In this document: positions 18,043 through 28,306 of the stretch, in pieces
Layout: every line of letters begins with the position of its first letter
How positions within the stretch are numbered: position 1 is the first letter of the stretch
Source of the DNA: Patescibacteria group bacterium
GTDB taxonomy: Bacteria; Patescibacteriota; UBA1384; UBA12157; JAENIV01
Assembly: GCA_041666185.1 (NCBI GenBank)
Contig: JBAYHL010000003.1
Location: forward strand, 935 to 64,934
Length of the DNA stretch: 64,000 nucleotides
Reading direction: 5' to 3'
Notes under the pieces: generated by a model
Databases searched by the model: none
The model's input: only the letters and a program-made list of their open reading frames with translations
Told to the model about the DNA's origin: nothing
Position numbers and translations under genes: made by a program

Positions 18043-20376
18043 TTGTCAAATATTCTTTGGTTTCGAGACGTTTCAAAGGAAGACATTGCTGTTGCCGGCG
18101 GCAAAGGAGCTAATTTAGGTGAACTAACACGAGCAGGATTACCAGTACCACCTGGTTTTATTATAACTTCAACGGCTTATTTTGATTTCTTGAAAAATAC
18201 AGGTTTAAACAAGAAGATAAAAAAAATTATAAGTGGTCTGGATGTTGATGATAGCAAAAGATTAAACGCTATTGCTTTAGAACTCCAAAAAGAAATTTTA
18301 TCAAAACCCCTACCGAGTAGTTTGGCTAAGGAAATAATTGCTGCTTATCAAAAACTTTACACAACGTCGTCTTCGGCGATTTTTGTGGCCGTTCGTTCTT
18401 CCGCTACCGCAGAAGATTTACCAACAGCTTCTTTTGCCGGTCAACAAAAAACCTTTTTAAATGTTTCTGGTTCCGATGGAGTGATTAAAGCTGTTCGTCA
18501 AGCATGGGCGTCTCTGTTTGAACCGCGGGCAATTTATTATCGTAAAATAAATAACTTCGATGATTTAAAAGTTGGTATTGCTGTGCCGGTCCAAAAAATG
18601 ATACAGTCCGAAAAATCGGGCATTATGTTTACGATCGAGCCAGTGAGCTCGGACATGGAAAAAACTGTTATCGAAGGCGGCTGGGGGTTGGGAGAAGCCA
18701 TTGTTAGTGGTAGTGTCACCCCGGATCGTTATGTAGTTAGAAAAAAAGATTTAGAAATTTTGGAACGAAATATTGAACCACAAGCTTGGAAAATTATTAA
18801 GGTTGGTAAAGAAAACAAACATATTACTTGTACTAAAAAAGAACGAGAAGAGCAAAAATTAACTGATGAGGAAATTAAGAAATTAGCTGAATTTGGTGTA
18901 AAAATTGAGGAACATTACGATGCTCCTCAAGATACCGAATGGGCAATTGAGGGTGGTAATATTTATTTTGTTCAATCAAGACCAGTGACGACGATAAAAA
19001 AAACAACAACTGACAATCAACAACCGACAACTAATGAAGCTCGGCAAGAGGGAGAGTCGTCAGCTGGCGATGGTAAGTTGGAAGTTATTCTCAAAGGTAT
19101 TGCCGCTTCTTTGGGAATTGCTTCTGGTCCAGTTAAAATTATTCACTCACCATCAGAGATTGATAAAGTTTTAGAAGGCGAAGTTTTGGTAACGGAAAAA
19201 ACTAGTCCAGATTTTGTGCCGGCCATGAAGAAAGCGGCGGCAATTATTACTGAAACTGGAGGACAAACTTCTCATGCGGCAATTGTTTCACGTGAGTTAG
19301 GTATTCCTTGTGTTGTTGGTACAGGAACGGCGACCCATGTGTTGAAAACTGGTCAAGTTGTTTCTGTTGATGGCGCCAAAGGTTTTGTTTATAAAGGTAA
19401 AATAACACGTACAGAGGCACCGGCGGCTCATGATGATCATGGTGGTTTTGCTGAGGAAGTGCCAATTACGGCGACCAAAGTTTATGTTAATTTGGGTGAG
19501 CCTTCGGTGGCGGAAAAAGTTGCTCAACTACCAGCCGATGGTGTTGGTTTAATGCGAGCAGAATTTATGATTGCCGAAATTGGTGAACATCCCCGCGCTT
19601 TAGTGAAAGCTGGTAAAAGCGAAGAATATGTCAAAAAAATTGTTGATGGATTAACGGATGTATGCAAAGCTTTTTCTCCTCGACCGGTAGTTTACAGGGC
19701 AACTGATTTTAAAACTAATGAATATAGAAATTTAAAAGGTGGCGAAGCTTTTGAGCCTCAAGAAAATAATCCGATGATTGGTTATCGAGGAGCTTATCGT
19801 TATCTTAAAGAACCGGATTTATTCAAACTAGAACTAGAAGCTATTAAGAGTGTAAGGGGAATGTATGAAAATTTATGGTTGATGATTCCTTTTGTTAGAA
19901 CTATTGCCGAATTTAGAAAAGTAAAAGAATTAATTGATGAGTCAGGTTTACGTCGTGGACCAGACTTTAAGCTTTGGATGATGGTTGAGATTCCTTCAAA
20001 TGTTATTTTGATTAATGAATTTTGCCAGGAAGGTATTGATGGAGTTTCGATCGGTTCAAATGATTTAACACAATTAACTTTAGGAATAGATCGTGATAAC
20101 GAAGTTTTGGCGGAGGAATTTGATGAAAGAGATGAGTCTGTCAGGATTAGCATTGCCCATGTAATTAAAACTTGTCGTAGACACCATATCAGTGTCTCTA
20201 TTTGTGGTCAGGCGGCAACAACTTATCCGGAAATTGCTGAGTTAATGGTCAAAGAAGGAGCAACTTCAGTTTCAGTTTCACCTGATTCGGTGGTGGCAAC
20301 GCGAAAATTAATTGCTTCAGTAGAGAAAAAAATAATGCTTTCAAAAATTATTGACGATGAAGAACAGGTTGGTTAA
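18043..20376 (+). CDS. ppsA: Phosphoenolpyruvate synthase (pyruvate, water dikinase); TTG start
   Basis: GGKGANLGEL ATP-grasp motif, phospho-His motif GGQTSHAAIVSRELGIPCVVG, C-terminal PEP-utilising TIM domain. Confidence 0.85.
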   Translation: MSNILWFRDVSKEDIAVAGGKGANLGELTRAGLPVPPGFIITSTAYFDFLKNTGLNKKIKKIISGLDVDDSKRLNAIALELQKEILSKPLPSSLAKEIIAAYQKLYTTSSSAIFVAVRSSATAEDLPTASFAGQQKTFLNVSGSDGVIKAVRQAWASLFEPRAIYYRKINNFDDLKVGIAVPVQKMIQSEKSGIMFTIEPVSSDMEKTVIEGGWGLGEAIVSGSVTPDRYVVRKKDLEILERNIEPQAWKIIKVGKENKHITCTKKEREEQKLTDEEIKKLAEFGVKIEEHYDAPQDTEWAIEGGNIYFVQSRPVTTIKKTTTDNQQPTTNEARQEGESSAGDGKLEVILKGIAASLGIASGPVKIIHSPSEIDKVLEGEVLVTEKTSPDFVPAMKKAAAIITETGGQTSHAAIVSRELGIPCVVGTGTATHVLKTGQVVSVDGAKGFVYKGKITRTEAPAAHDDHGGFAEEVPITATKVYVNLGEPSVAEKVAQLPADGVGLMRAEFMIAEIGEHPRALVKAGKSEEYVKKIVDGLTDVCKAFSPRPVVYRATDFKTNEYRNLKGGEAFEPQENNPMIGYRGAYRYLKEPDLFKLELEAIKSVRGMYENLWLMIPFVRTIAEFRKVKELIDESGLRRGPDFKLWMMVEIPSNVILINEFCQEGIDGVSIGSNDLTQLTLGIDRDNEVLAEEFDERDESVRISIAHVIKTCRRHHISVSICGQAATTYPEIAELMVKEGATSVSVSPDSVVATRKLIASVEKKIMLSKIIDDEEQVG

Positions 20377-20385
20377 CGCAGGGTA

Positions 20386-20414
20386 TTGACAAGCGGTTTT
20401 CGTTTCGTCATAAT
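20386..20414 (+). promoter_or_regulatory. Sigma-70-like promoter TTGACA-17-CATAAT
   Basis: ttgaca at 20386-20391 and cataat at 20409-20414. A leader hairpin follows at about 20487-20530. Confidence 0.45.
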
Positions 20415-20540
20415 CAATAACATAGAATTATACATACCTCACAGGAAGGGGGTGGGTAGTTTGTTAAACAGTAGTTGAAGTACTCTTGTTCTTGGTAACG
20501 ACGACCATTGTAAGTAAACAAGAACAGGAGGAGTAGTAAA

Positions 20541-20822
20541 ATGTCTGTTATGTTTGTAACTGAAGGAAGGATAGAGAAGGTATTCGGTGTCGAGCTTGGG
20601 TTGTCCAACGGAGAAATGAATAAATTGGACAGTATGGCAGCCAAAGGCTCGGAAGGTGAATTGAAGGCATTGAATAGGCTGGTTCGTAAGGCTGAGAAAA
20701 TCAGTGCGTCCCCTCCTAACGGGAATGGCCATAATGGTCATGGCCATCGGAGTAAGAAACCGTCTAAGGCACCTGCCACTATGCGCGTGTCTCGCGTTGT
20801 TGTCGCGTGTATGTGCCGGTAA
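20541..20822 (+). CDS. Small His/Gly-rich protein (NGNGHNGHGH, C-terminal CMCR), 93 aa, GC-rich relative to the window
   Basis: RBS aggagg 8 nt upstream, its own promoter, and terminator GGCCGCC..GGCGGCC at about 20851-20880. Confidence 0.45.
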   Translation: MSVMFVTEGRIEKVFGVELGLSNGEMNKLDSMAAKGSEGELKALNRLVRKAEKISASPPNGNGHNGHGHRSKKPSKAPATMRVSRVVVACMCR

Positions 20823-20921
20823 CTTGCCTGCGATCTATGTTTTTATGTCGGCCGCCTTTTTTATCAGGCGGCCTTTTAAGTTACAGGAATAATTGGTATA
20901 ATAAGATTAAATTTTAAATTT

Positions 20922-21167
20922 ATGAATTATACATATCTTATTAAAAGTAAAATTAAAGAATGGGTTTATATTGGTTCAACGAAAGATCTTGTTAAGCGTT
21001 TTAGTGAACATAACAATGGTAAAGTCAGAAGTACAAAAGGGTTGATTCCATTTGAGCTGATTTATTACGAAGCATATCAAACTTATCATTTGGCAAGGAA
21101 ACGAGAGGTTGAGTTAAAAAAGCAAGGTCAACAGAAAGAAATATTGTTTAATAGATTAGGATTATGA
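20922..21167 (+). CDS. GIY-YIG nuclease family protein (small, YhbQ/UPF0213-like)
   Basis: WVYIGSTKDLVKRFSEHN...PFELIYYE shows the GIY-YIG motif pattern. Confidence 0.65.
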   Translation: MNYTYLIKSKIKEWVYIGSTKDLVKRFSEHNNGKVRSTKGLIPFELIYYEAYQTYHLARKREVELKKQGQQKEILFNRLGL

Positions 21168-21186
21168 GTTTTATTCTTTGTTGAGC

Positions 21187-21273
21187 GGAGAGGTCGCATA
21201 GAGGCCGAGTGCGTTCGCTTGGAAAGCGAATAGGTTCGTAAGAGCCTCGCGAGTTCGAATCTCGCCCTCTCCG
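21187..21273 (+). tRNA. tRNA-Ser (anticodon GGA), class II with a long variable arm
   Basis: Acceptor GGAGAGG/CCTCTCC. D-stem GCA/TGC. Anticodon stem TTCGC/GCGAA with loop TTGGAAA. T-arm GCGAG-TTCGAAT-CTCGC. CCA is not encoded. Confidence 0.75.
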
Positions 21274-21391
21274 CTTAGTAAAGAATAAGGGTTCTGACCC
21301 TGCGGGTCATCAACCGTAGGTTGAGAATCCCTGCCTCTCCGTTTATCCTGACTTGTCCCGAGTGTAATCGAAGGACCATTTCAGTAAACTT

Positions 21392-21658
21392 TTGGTGAGT
21401 CGTATGAATAAAAAATGGTTTTTTTATATTGTAAGGTGTAGTGATAATTCGCTGTATTCTGGAATAACGAATAACATTAACGAAAGGATATCCAAGCATA
21501 ATAAAGGAAAGGGTGCAAAATATACATCCTGTAGAAGGCCTGTTAAGCTTGTTTATAGTGAAGAGTGTGAGGATATTTCTAGTGCAAGAAAAAGGGAAGA
21601 GCAGGTAAAAAGGTGGAAAAAGGAAAAGAAAGAAGTGTTAATAAAGGATTTCTCTTGA
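21392..21658 (+). CDS. GIY-YIG nuclease family protein (second, diverged paralogue)
   Basis: FFYIVRCSDNSLYSGITNNINERISKHN...PVKLVYSE. Confidence 0.65.
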   Translation: MVSRMNKKWFFYIVRCSDNSLYSGITNNINERISKHNKGKGAKYTSCRRPVKLVYSEECEDISSARKREEQVKRWKKEKKEVLIKDFS

Positions 21659-21686
21659 CTACGTTTAGGGTAAACGAATCCGCGGT

Positions 21687-21715
21687 TGATACTTTTCGAC
21701 AGTAATGTTATAGTG
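21687..21715 (+). promoter_or_regulatory. Promoter TTGATA-17-TATAGT for the RRM gene
   Basis: Seen directly in the sequence. Confidence 0.4.
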
Positions 21716-21822
21716 AGCATGTTAATTTACTTAAGTACTAAAGCAAACATACCGATGTAAGCTGAACTATTAAGAAATTAGGTCGGTTTACAATTAAATG
21801 TTAATTAAAAAGAAAGAAAAAA

Positions 21823-22095
21823 ATGGCTAAAAAATTATTTGTTGGTGGCTTGTCTTACAACATGACAGAAGACACTTTACGAGAAACTTTTACTAAAGTT
21901 GGTACAGTTGAATCCGCAGTTATTATTAACGATAAAATGACCGGGCAATCAAAAGGTTTTGGTTTTGTTGAAATGGCAACTGAAGAAGAAGCGAAAAAAG
22001 CAATCGAAACACTTAACGGGTCAGAATTAGATGGAAAAAAACTTACCGTTAATGAAGCACGTCCAATGGAAGATCGTCCACGAAGAAGTTTCTAA
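21823..22095 (+). CDS. RNA-binding protein with a single RRM domain
   Basis: RNP-2 LFVGGL and RNP-1 KGFGFVEM. Confidence 0.8.
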   Translation: MAKKLFVGGLSYNMTEDTLRETFTKVGTVESAVIINDKMTGQSKGFGFVEMATEEEAKKAIETLNGSELDGKKLTVNEARPMEDRPRRSF

Positions 22096-22123
22096 TTGAA
22101 AAAAATAAACTAAAAAGACGGCG

Positions 22124-22150
22124 TTTTCGCCGTCTTTTTAGTTTCTATCC
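22124..22150. terminator. Bidirectional rho-independent terminator
   Basis: Stem AGACGGCG-tttt-CGCCGTCT flanked by A-runs and T-runs. Confidence 0.7.
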
Positions 22151-22357
22151 GACCAATCCTGCTAGGTGCAGGAGGTAAAGAAATAGGCCTAATGGAATTA
22201 TGAATAGTGCCCAGCCAAGACTTAGTCCAACTGGTGAGCCCCATTCATCCCATCTTGATCTTCGCCATAACGGGTATGGTTCTTCTAGAACTTGCTTCTG
22301 AACCGATTCCTCCATGGCTTTGTTAAACTCTTTTTTGTCCATGATTTCTCCAATCAA
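22145..22357 (-). CDS. Small membrane protein, 70 aa, hypothetical
   Basis: C-terminal hydrophobic helix. RBS ggag. Convergent with the RRM gene, sharing its terminator. Confidence 0.35.
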   Translation of the reverse strand: MIGEIMDKKEFNKAMEESVQKQVLEEPYPLWRRSRWDEWGSPVGLSLGWALFIIPLGLFLYLLHLAGLVG

Positions 22358-22569
22358 GTTAGGTTTATAAAGCTATTCAATTCGACCGTATTTGAATAGT
22401 TGGGGCCCTTAAGTTCTCATGTTTGGACTCCTTTTGGTGTCCCAAGGGTAGGACAGGAGTATCTTATCCAACAGCCGTATTATATCTTAATTTAGATCTA
22501 ATTGTCCATTGACCATGACTTATATAAAAAATCCGTCGTAGAGAAACGACGGAAGAAAACTAGTGGCAA

Positions 22570-22683
22570 TTAACCCAATCTCGGCGCCAACCACCGACGT
22601 GATAGAAAAGAAGTGTAAAGAAAGGGATAGCTAAAAAAAAGAGAAGAGCGGCAATAGGTAAATAGAACAGTGCAATCAACCAT
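22570..22683 (-). CDS. Possible 37-aa hydrophobic peptide (MVDCTVLFTYCRSSLFFSYPFLYTSFLSRRWLAPRLG), speculative
   Basis: The ORF is followed 17 nt downstream by a minus-strand terminator (stem CCGTCGT/ACGACGG, 22533-22552, plus T-run). RBS is weak. Confidence 0.2.
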   Translation of the reverse strand: MVDCTVLFTYCRSSLFFSYPFLYTSFLSRRWLAPRLG

Positions 22684-22832
22684 GACCTTTTTAGCATCTC
22701 AGCCTACCTCGTTTCGTCTTGGTTTTATTATCATATACTAATTTTATTGTCTTTGTCACCTTTTCTGCCTGACCGCCATTGCAAGCCCAAAACTTGCTTC
22801 AGGCGTAGTAGGCGGGGTATATTGAAAATACT

Positions 22833-24575
22833 ATGAATGACCAAGTCGAAGAGATAAAAAAAAGAATTGATGTTGTTGATCTAATTTCAAATTATTTAAC
22901 CCTAAAAAAAGCTGGGGTTAATTATAGAGCAGTTTGTCCTTTTCATAATGAAAAAACACCTTCTCTAATGATATCCCCAGAAAAACAAATTTGGCATTGT
23001 TTTGGTTGCTCTGAAGGTGGTGACATCATTACTTTTATAATGAAGATGGAAAATTTAGAATTTCCAGAAGCTTTAAAAATGTTAGCTGACCGAGCAGGGG
23101 TGATTTTAAAACGCCGAACTCAAGACGAGATCTCCCAAGTGCAACCTGATAAAAAAAGTCGGCTTTTTACTGTCAACGCATTTGCTGCGAAAGTTTTTAA
23201 TAAAATTTTAATTACTCATCCGGCGGGAAAAATAGCCTTAGAATACTTAAAAAAAAGAAAACTAACAGATTTAACTATTAAAGAATTTATGATTGGTTAC
23301 GGGCCTTCATCGCGAGCGATGATGCAATTATTAAAGAAGCATGGTTTTTCCGACCAAGAGCTTCAGGGTGCTGGTAACCCCGATAAGTTTTACAAAAGAA
23401 TTATTTTTCCCATTCGTGATGTTATGGGTAATACAATTGCTTTTACTGGTCGTGTGTTAGATTCTAATCAAGAACCAAAATATTTAAACACTCCCGAGAC
23501 GGTAATTTTTCATAAGAGTCGAGTTCTTTATAATCTTGAGAAAGCCAGAGGAGCAATCAGAACCGAGAAGGCTACTGTTGTTGTCGAAGGTCAAATGGAT
23601 GTAATCGCTTCTTGGCAGTCAGGGGTTAAAAATGTTGTTGCTACTTCTGGGACAGCTTTAACTCCCGATCATTTGCAAATTCTTTATCGTTACAGCCCAA
23701 ATATTATTTTCGCTTTTGATTCTGATACAGCCGGTCTTACAAGTGCCAAAAAAGCATACGAGATGGCAATTAGTGAAAGTTTTAATGTTAAAATGGTAAC
23801 TTTGGGTGAGTTTAAAGATCCGGGAGAAATGATTGCTGAAGATCCCAAGCTTTGGTTGGAAGCTGTCAAAAATGCTCGATCAATTATAGATTGGTATTTC
23901 GAATTAGCCTTAAAAAATCATCCGTCAGGTCTTGAAGCAACCGACAAGAAAGAAATTGCTAAAGAAGTTTTGCCAATTTTGAAAAAAATTCCTGATACAA
24001 TTGAGCAGGCTCATTATGTTGGGCTTTTAGCCAAAAAATTGGCAGTTTCTGAGCAAATTATTTTCGATGCTCTGACAAAAGTTACTCCCGAAAAGTCGAA
24101 AAAACAAAAAGAAATCACGCAAGAAAAAAAACCGAAAATATCCGCTCAAGAATTGCTTTTGTCAATTTTATTTAAAAATCCGGTTAAAATTAAAGAAGCC
24201 GGAAAAGCACTTCAGGCAGAAGACTTCCAAGACACTGATTTGAAAATGATTTACAATTATCTCTTGGAATGGTATAATAAAAATAATCAAAGAACCGATA
24301 TTCAGTTAACTGAAAAAGAACTTAAAGAGTCTTTGCGAAAAGATCTTAATCGTCAATTGCAGATTAAAATTGACGAACTTATTTTGATTACCAATGAACA
24401 GGTAGATGATGATCTTATGGAGGATTGGCAAGTAGTTTTAGAAAAAGTCCAAAGCGATAAGAAAGAAGCCTTAAAAGATTATTATTCTCAAGAAATTAAA
24501 AAAGCTGAAATATCTAACGATCTCGAACGGCTAAAAAAATTAATTAAGGAGTTCCAGGATGCCATATCAAAGTAA
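22833..24575 (+). CDS. dnaG: DNA primase DnaG
   Basis: CHC2 zinc finger [25 protein letters not shown] and a TOPRIM region. Confidence 0.85.
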   Translation: MNDQVEEIKKRIDVVDLISNYLTLKKAGVNYRAVCPFHNEKTPSLMISPEKQIWHCFGCSEGGDIITFIMKMENLEFPEALKMLADRAGVILKRRTQDEISQVQPDKKSRLFTVNAFAAKVFNKILITHPAGKIALEYLKKRKLTDLTIKEFMIGYGPSSRAMMQLLKKHGFSDQELQGAGNPDKFYKRIIFPIRDVMGNTIAFTGRVLDSNQEPKYLNTPETVIFHKSRVLYNLEKARGAIRTEKATVVVEGQMDVIASWQSGVKNVVATSGTALTPDHLQILYRYSPNIIFAFDSDTAGLTSAKKAYEMAISESFNVKMVTLGEFKDPGEMIAEDPKLWLEAVKNARSIIDWYFELALKNHPSGLEATDKKEIAKEVLPILKKIPDTIEQAHYVGLLAKKLAVSEQIIFDALTKVTPEKSKKQKEITQEKKPKISAQELLLSILFKNPVKIKEAGKALQAEDFQDTDLKMIYNYLLEWYNKNNQRTDIQLTEKELKESLRKDLNRQLQIKIDELILITNEQVDDDLMEDWQVVLEKVQSDKKEALKDYYSQEIKKAEISNDLERLKKLIKEFQDAISK

Positions 24576-25758
24576 TTACAAAACTTCTCGGGCGGCTAAA
24601 TCTTCTAGGGACAGACAAGACAAATCTTCAAAAGAAAGATTGAGCTTGAAGGCAAAAATGAGCAAGAAAAAAGTTTCGCCTTCAAAACGCAAAAAGGAAG
24701 TTGAAATTAAGTTTCCAGAAAACTTAAAAAAGCTTTTGGAAAAAGGTCATCAGGCAGGCTTTGTTACTTACCAAGAAATTTTACAAGCTTTTGAAGAACC
24801 GGAAAAAAAGGTTCCTCTTTTAGATGCTTTGTATGATGAATTTTTTCTTCAAGGAATTGATGTTAAAGAAGGCCGAAAGTTATTGGAAATTGAAGACGAG
24901 CCAACCCAAAAAGTTGGTGAGCTAAAAGATATTTCCGATGATTCAGTAAGAATGTATTTGCGAGAAATTGGCCGAATTCCTCTTTTAAAACCGGATGAAG
25001 AGGTTCGTTTAGCCAAACGTATCGAAGCAGGTGACGAAACGGCTAAGAAAAAATTAGCTGAGGCCAATCTACGATTGGTAGTTTCGATTGCTAAAAAATA
25101 TATTGGCCGCGGACTTTCACTTCTAGATTTGATCCAAGAAGGAAACACCGGACTTTTACGAGCAGTTGTTAAATTTGATTATCATAAAGGTTATAAATTT
25201 TCGACTTATGCAACCTGGTGGATTAGGCAAGCAATTACCAGGGCAATTGCTGATCAAGCCAGAACTATTAGAATTCCTGTTCATATGGTTGAGACAATCA
25301 ACAAGCTTATTCGTACCCAAAGACAATTAGTTCAAGATTTGGGTCGAGAGCCATTACCTGAAGAAATTGCGGCGGAAATGGAAATACCGGTTGAAAAAGT
25401 TGAACATATTATAAAAATTTCTCAAGAAACAGTTTCTTTAGAAACACCAGTTGGTGAAGAAGATGATTCGCGTTTGGGTGATTTTATTGAAGACAAAGAA
25501 TCTCTTTCACCTGAAGAAAATGCTATTTATCAATTAATGAAAGGCCACGTTGGTGAATCGTTAATTTTTCTTTCACCAAGAGAACAAAAAATTCTTAAAA
25601 TGAGATTTGGTTTAGAAGACGGTCGCACCCATACTTTAGAAGAAGTTGGTAAAGAATTTGGTGTGACTCGAGAACGTATTCGTCAAATTGAAGCTAAGTC
25701 TTTACAGAAGCTCAAGAAAAATGAGCAATCTCAAAAACTAAAAGATTACTTAAGATAA
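24559..25758 (+). CDS. rpoD: RNA polymerase sigma factor RpoD (sigma-70)
   Basis: Regions 2 to 4 are recognisable ([18 protein letters not shown]...[18 protein letters not shown]). It overlaps dnaG by 17 nt, the classical dnaG-rpoD arrangement. Confidence 0.85.
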   Translation: MPYQSNYKTSRAAKSSRDRQDKSSKERLSLKAKMSKKKVSPSKRKKEVEIKFPENLKKLLEKGHQAGFVTYQEILQAFEEPEKKVPLLDALYDEFFLQGIDVKEGRKLLEIEDEPTQKVGELKDISDDSVRMYLREIGRIPLLKPDEEVRLAKRIEAGDETAKKKLAEANLRLVVSIAKKYIGRGLSLLDLIQEGNTGLLRAVVKFDYHKGYKFSTYATWWIRQAITRAIADQARTIRIPVHMVETINKLIRTQRQLVQDLGREPLPEEIAAEMEIPVEKVEHIIKISQETVSLETPVGEEDDSRLGDFIEDKESLSPEENAIYQLMKGHVGESLIFLSPREQKILKMRFGLEDGRTHTLEEVGKEFGVTRERIRQIEAKSLQKLKKNEQSQKLKDYLR

Positions 25759-25780
25759 ATAACAAAATTAAGTCCTAATT

Positions 25781-26446
25781 TTATTTGTATTTTTGTAATA
25801 TAACTTCTTTAACGTCTGGTTTTAGGTAATCAAGAGGTTTAACAATTACTCCTGAAGAAAATGAACTCTTGGTTCCTTCTGTAAGATTCTCATCAGCAAT
25901 CGAGAAAGCTAATAAATTACTATCTGGTTGACTGCCAATTAAGCCAGTGCCAATTGGTTGGCCTTCTCTGACCAAGTCACCCTCTTTAGCTAAAGGCTTT
26001 TCAATTGCTAAATATCTTCCCCATAAACCATAGGAAAAATTAACAATTACTTCGTATTCTCCTAAGCCTTTTCGATTAACTTTTTCAACTTTACCAGAAG
26101 CTAAGCTGTTGATTTGGGTGCCTTCTTTAATATCCATCCAAACAAAATCGTAAACCTTGGGGTCGTCAGTTTGGACACCTAAACCCCCTAACCCTTTTTT
26201 CTGAGAAATCATTAATTTACTAATTGAGGTAGGCAGGTTAAGGCGAACAGTCGAGGCATTAGTTGGTAGGTCACTAACAATATCATCCTTTTTCTCAAGA
26301 TTTTTATCTTTTTCATCTAGCCAACTAGAATTTGACAAATTAACAGAAGGTAAATAATTAGTTCTATATAGTGCGTATAAACCACCGGCGATAACAATGA
26401 CAGCTAAAATTATAACTATTAAAATAATTTTTGCTCGATGACTCAT
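25781..26446 (-). CDS. Membrane-anchored LytM/M23-like protein with degenerate catalytic motifs
   Basis: N-terminal TM helix. The C-terminal beta-domain resembles peptidase M23 but lacks the HxxxD and HxH motifs. Confidence 0.5.
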   Translation of the reverse strand: MSHRAKIILIVIILAVIVIAGGLYALYRTNYLPSVNLSNSSWLDEKDKNLEKKDDIVSDLPTNASTVRLNLPTSISKLMISQKKGLGGLGVQTDDPKVYDFVWMDIKEGTQINSLASGKVEKVNRKGLGEYEVIVNFSYGLWGRYLAIEKPLAKEGDLVREGQPIGTGLIGSQPDSNLLAFSIADENLTEGTKSSFSSGVIVKPLDYLKPDVKEVILQKYK

Positions 26447-26550
26447 AAAATCCTCCTTTTAAGCTTTCTATATTTAGAATAAAACAAAATTTGAATAAAT
26501 ACAAATATGTGTTTACTTTGCTTGCTTAAAATGATAAAATAACTTTGTAT

Positions 26551-26625
26551 TCCCCGGTAGCTCAACGGTAGAGCAAATCGCTGTTAACGATTAGGTTGTC
26601 CGTTCGAATCGGACCCGGGGAGCCA
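26551..26625 (+). tRNA. tRNA-Asn (anticodon GTT), CCA encoded
   Basis: Acceptor TCCCCGG/CCGGGGA. D-arm GCTC-AACGGTA-GAGC. Anticodon loop CTGTTAA. T-arm GTCCG-TTCGAAT-CGGAC. Confidence 0.85.
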
Positions 26626-26714
26626 TCAAAAAATACGGTTTAAAGCCGTCTTTTTTGTGTTTAAGATCACAGAGTTTTTAAAAATATTAAACACCCAATT
26701 AAAAGAGCGCACCG

Positions 26715-26752
26715 TCCCTAATAACCAAGTTAAGGAAATTTTGTGGTATAAT
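26715..26752 (+). promoter_or_regulatory. Putative promoter with an extended -10 (TGgTATAAT) for the ytxG-to-giant-gene cluster
   Basis: tataat at 26747-26752 with TG at -14. The -35 is weak. Confidence 0.35.
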
Positions 26753-26775
26753 AATATTGAGTTGAAAGGATTTTT

Positions 26776-27072
26776 ATGAATTTAAATAGTTTTTTCCAGG
26801 TTTCTGTCAGTATCTTTTGTCTTGTGGGCACAATTTTTATGATCATTCTCTTTATTTGGGCGGTAATAATTCGTATCCAAATCAATAAATTAATCAGGAA
26901 GTTTGAAGAAATTGCTATTACAGCCAAAACTACCACAGGGGAATTCAAGGATTTTATCGAACGAACAATTACTTCATTGGAAAAATTTAAAGACAGCATT
27001 TTAACATTTGAATTTATCCGTAAAATGACTTCCGAAGTAATTACCTTAATAAAAAGTAATAAAAAGGAGTAA
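26776..27072 (+). CDS. DUF948 (YtxG-like) general-stress membrane protein
   Basis: N-terminal TM helix followed by a coiled coil. Paired with a YtxH-like gene as in Firmicutes. Confidence 0.5.
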   Translation: MNLNSFFQVSVSIFCLVGTIFMIILFIWAVIIRIQINKLIRKFEEIAITAKTTTGEFKDFIERTITSLEKFKDSILTFEFIRKMTSEVITLIKSNKKE

Positions 27073-27074
27073 CC

Positions 27075-27416
27075 ATGACAATGGACAAAACAACAAAAGG
27101 AATAATCATTGGAGCATCGGTTGGTGTGCTTGCAGGGGCAATCGCCGGCATTTTATTTGCACCGCAATCCGGCAAAGAAACACGGGAGGATATTAAAAAA
27201 TATCTTCATGAAATCAAAGAAAAAATTGCCGAAGAGCTATCACTGGTTGGAGATATCACCAAAGAAAAGTATGATGAGGTTGTTGGTAAAGTGGTAAAAA
27301 TTTACGAAACGGAAAAAAAGATTACCAGTGAAGATGCCACTGACATTAAAGACAAGCTAAAAAATAACTATCACGAAGTAGTAAAAATTGCCACCGAAAA
27401 AACAGACAAAAAGTAA
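27075..27416 (+). CDS. YtxH-like protein
   Basis: GASVGVLAGAIAGILFAPQSGKETREDI is the YtxH signature. Confidence 0.6.
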   Translation: MTMDKTTKGIIIGASVGVLAGAIAGILFAPQSGKETREDIKKYLHEIKEKIAEELSLVGDITKEKYDEVVGKVVKIYETEKKITSEDATDIKDKLKNNYHEVVKIATEKTDKK

Positions 27417-27452
27417 TTAAAAATGTTTAAATAAAAGAAGGAGGTGATTATT

Positions 27453-27926
27453 ATGTCAGAAATTATTAAAGAGACAACAACAACACAGGACAACACTAAC
27501 ACTGTTGCAACAAACCCTGCTAGTAGTGGGACGGCTGATAGCCAGTCAAGTCAAACAACAACGACTCAGCGAAACATTAATCCGGCGGTGGATAATCAGG
27601 GTAATAGGCAAGCAAGTGGTTCTCAGACGGCTACGTATTTCGTCTATTTCTTGTTCGGAGTGCTGGAAATACTATTAGCTTTCCGTTTTGTTTTGAAGCT
27701 TGCGGGAGCAAGTCATACAAGTGGTTTTGTCAATTTCATTTATGGTTTAAGTGGAGTTTTTGTGGCGCCTTTTAATGGAATATTTCATACGAGTTTAGCC
27801 CAAGGAGCCGAAACAACCTCAATTTTTGAGCCATCAGCATTAGTTGCGCTGATTGTTTACGCTTTGGTGGCTTGGGGGATTGTTAAACTTATACAAATAT
27901 CCTCTGGTAAACAGCAAGCCGAATAG
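27453..27926 (+). CDS. Membrane protein with a Ser/Thr/Gln-rich N-terminus (ATG at 27453 preferred over GTG at 27444)
   Basis: RBS aaggagg sits 9 nt upstream of the ATG. Two or three hydrophobic helices. Confidence 0.5.
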   Translation: MSEIIKETTTTQDNTNTVATNPASSGTADSQSSQTTTTQRNINPAVDNQGNRQASGSQTATYFVYFLFGVLEILLAFRFVLKLAGASHTSGFVNFIYGLSGVFVAPFNGIFHTSLAQGAETTSIFEPSALVALIVYALVAWGIVKLIQISSGKQQAE

Positions 27927-27940
27927 TTTAAAATAAAAAT

Positions 27941-28306
27941 ATGAAGAATATTTTAATTATTGAAGACGATGAATTATTGAGCAAAATTTTGTTTGATTCT
28001 TTTGCAAAGGCTGGTTTTAATACAACTAAAACAGTTGACGCTCTACAGGGTCAGCAAGCAGTTTTTTCTCTTAAGCCAGATGTGGTAATTTTAGATTTAA
28101 TGTTACCAGCGGGCAACGGGGTTGTGCTTTTAAGAAATTTACGTGCTTCGGCTCAGACTCAGGCAATTCCAATTATTGTTATGACTTCTTATCGCGATGA
28201 GGAAGTTCGTAAAGAAATGGAAGAAGTTGGTGTTCATGGTTATTTTCATAAACCATTTGAACCTGATGAAATGATTCAAAAAATTAATAGTATTCTAAAT
28301 TCATAA
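27941..28306 (+). CDS. Orphan response-regulator receiver domain protein
   Basis: ILIIEDDELL...DVVILDLMLPAGNG. Receiver only. Confidence 0.75.
   Translation: MKNILIIEDDELLSKILFDSFAKAGFNTTKTVDALQGQQAVFSLKPDVVILDLMLPAGNGVVLLRNLRASAQTQAIPIIVMTSYRDEEVRKEMEEVGVHGYFHKPFEPDEMIQKINSILNS

Noticed and set aside
20414-20747. Two overlapping minus-strand ORFs of 76 and 102 aa
   Set aside because: Antisense to the better-supported + strand small gene, which has a promoter, RBS and terminator.
22370-22480. Possible hairpin-containing sRNA in the spacer between 22357 and dnaG
   Set aside because: Only short imperfect stems and no flanking promoter or terminator signals I could support.
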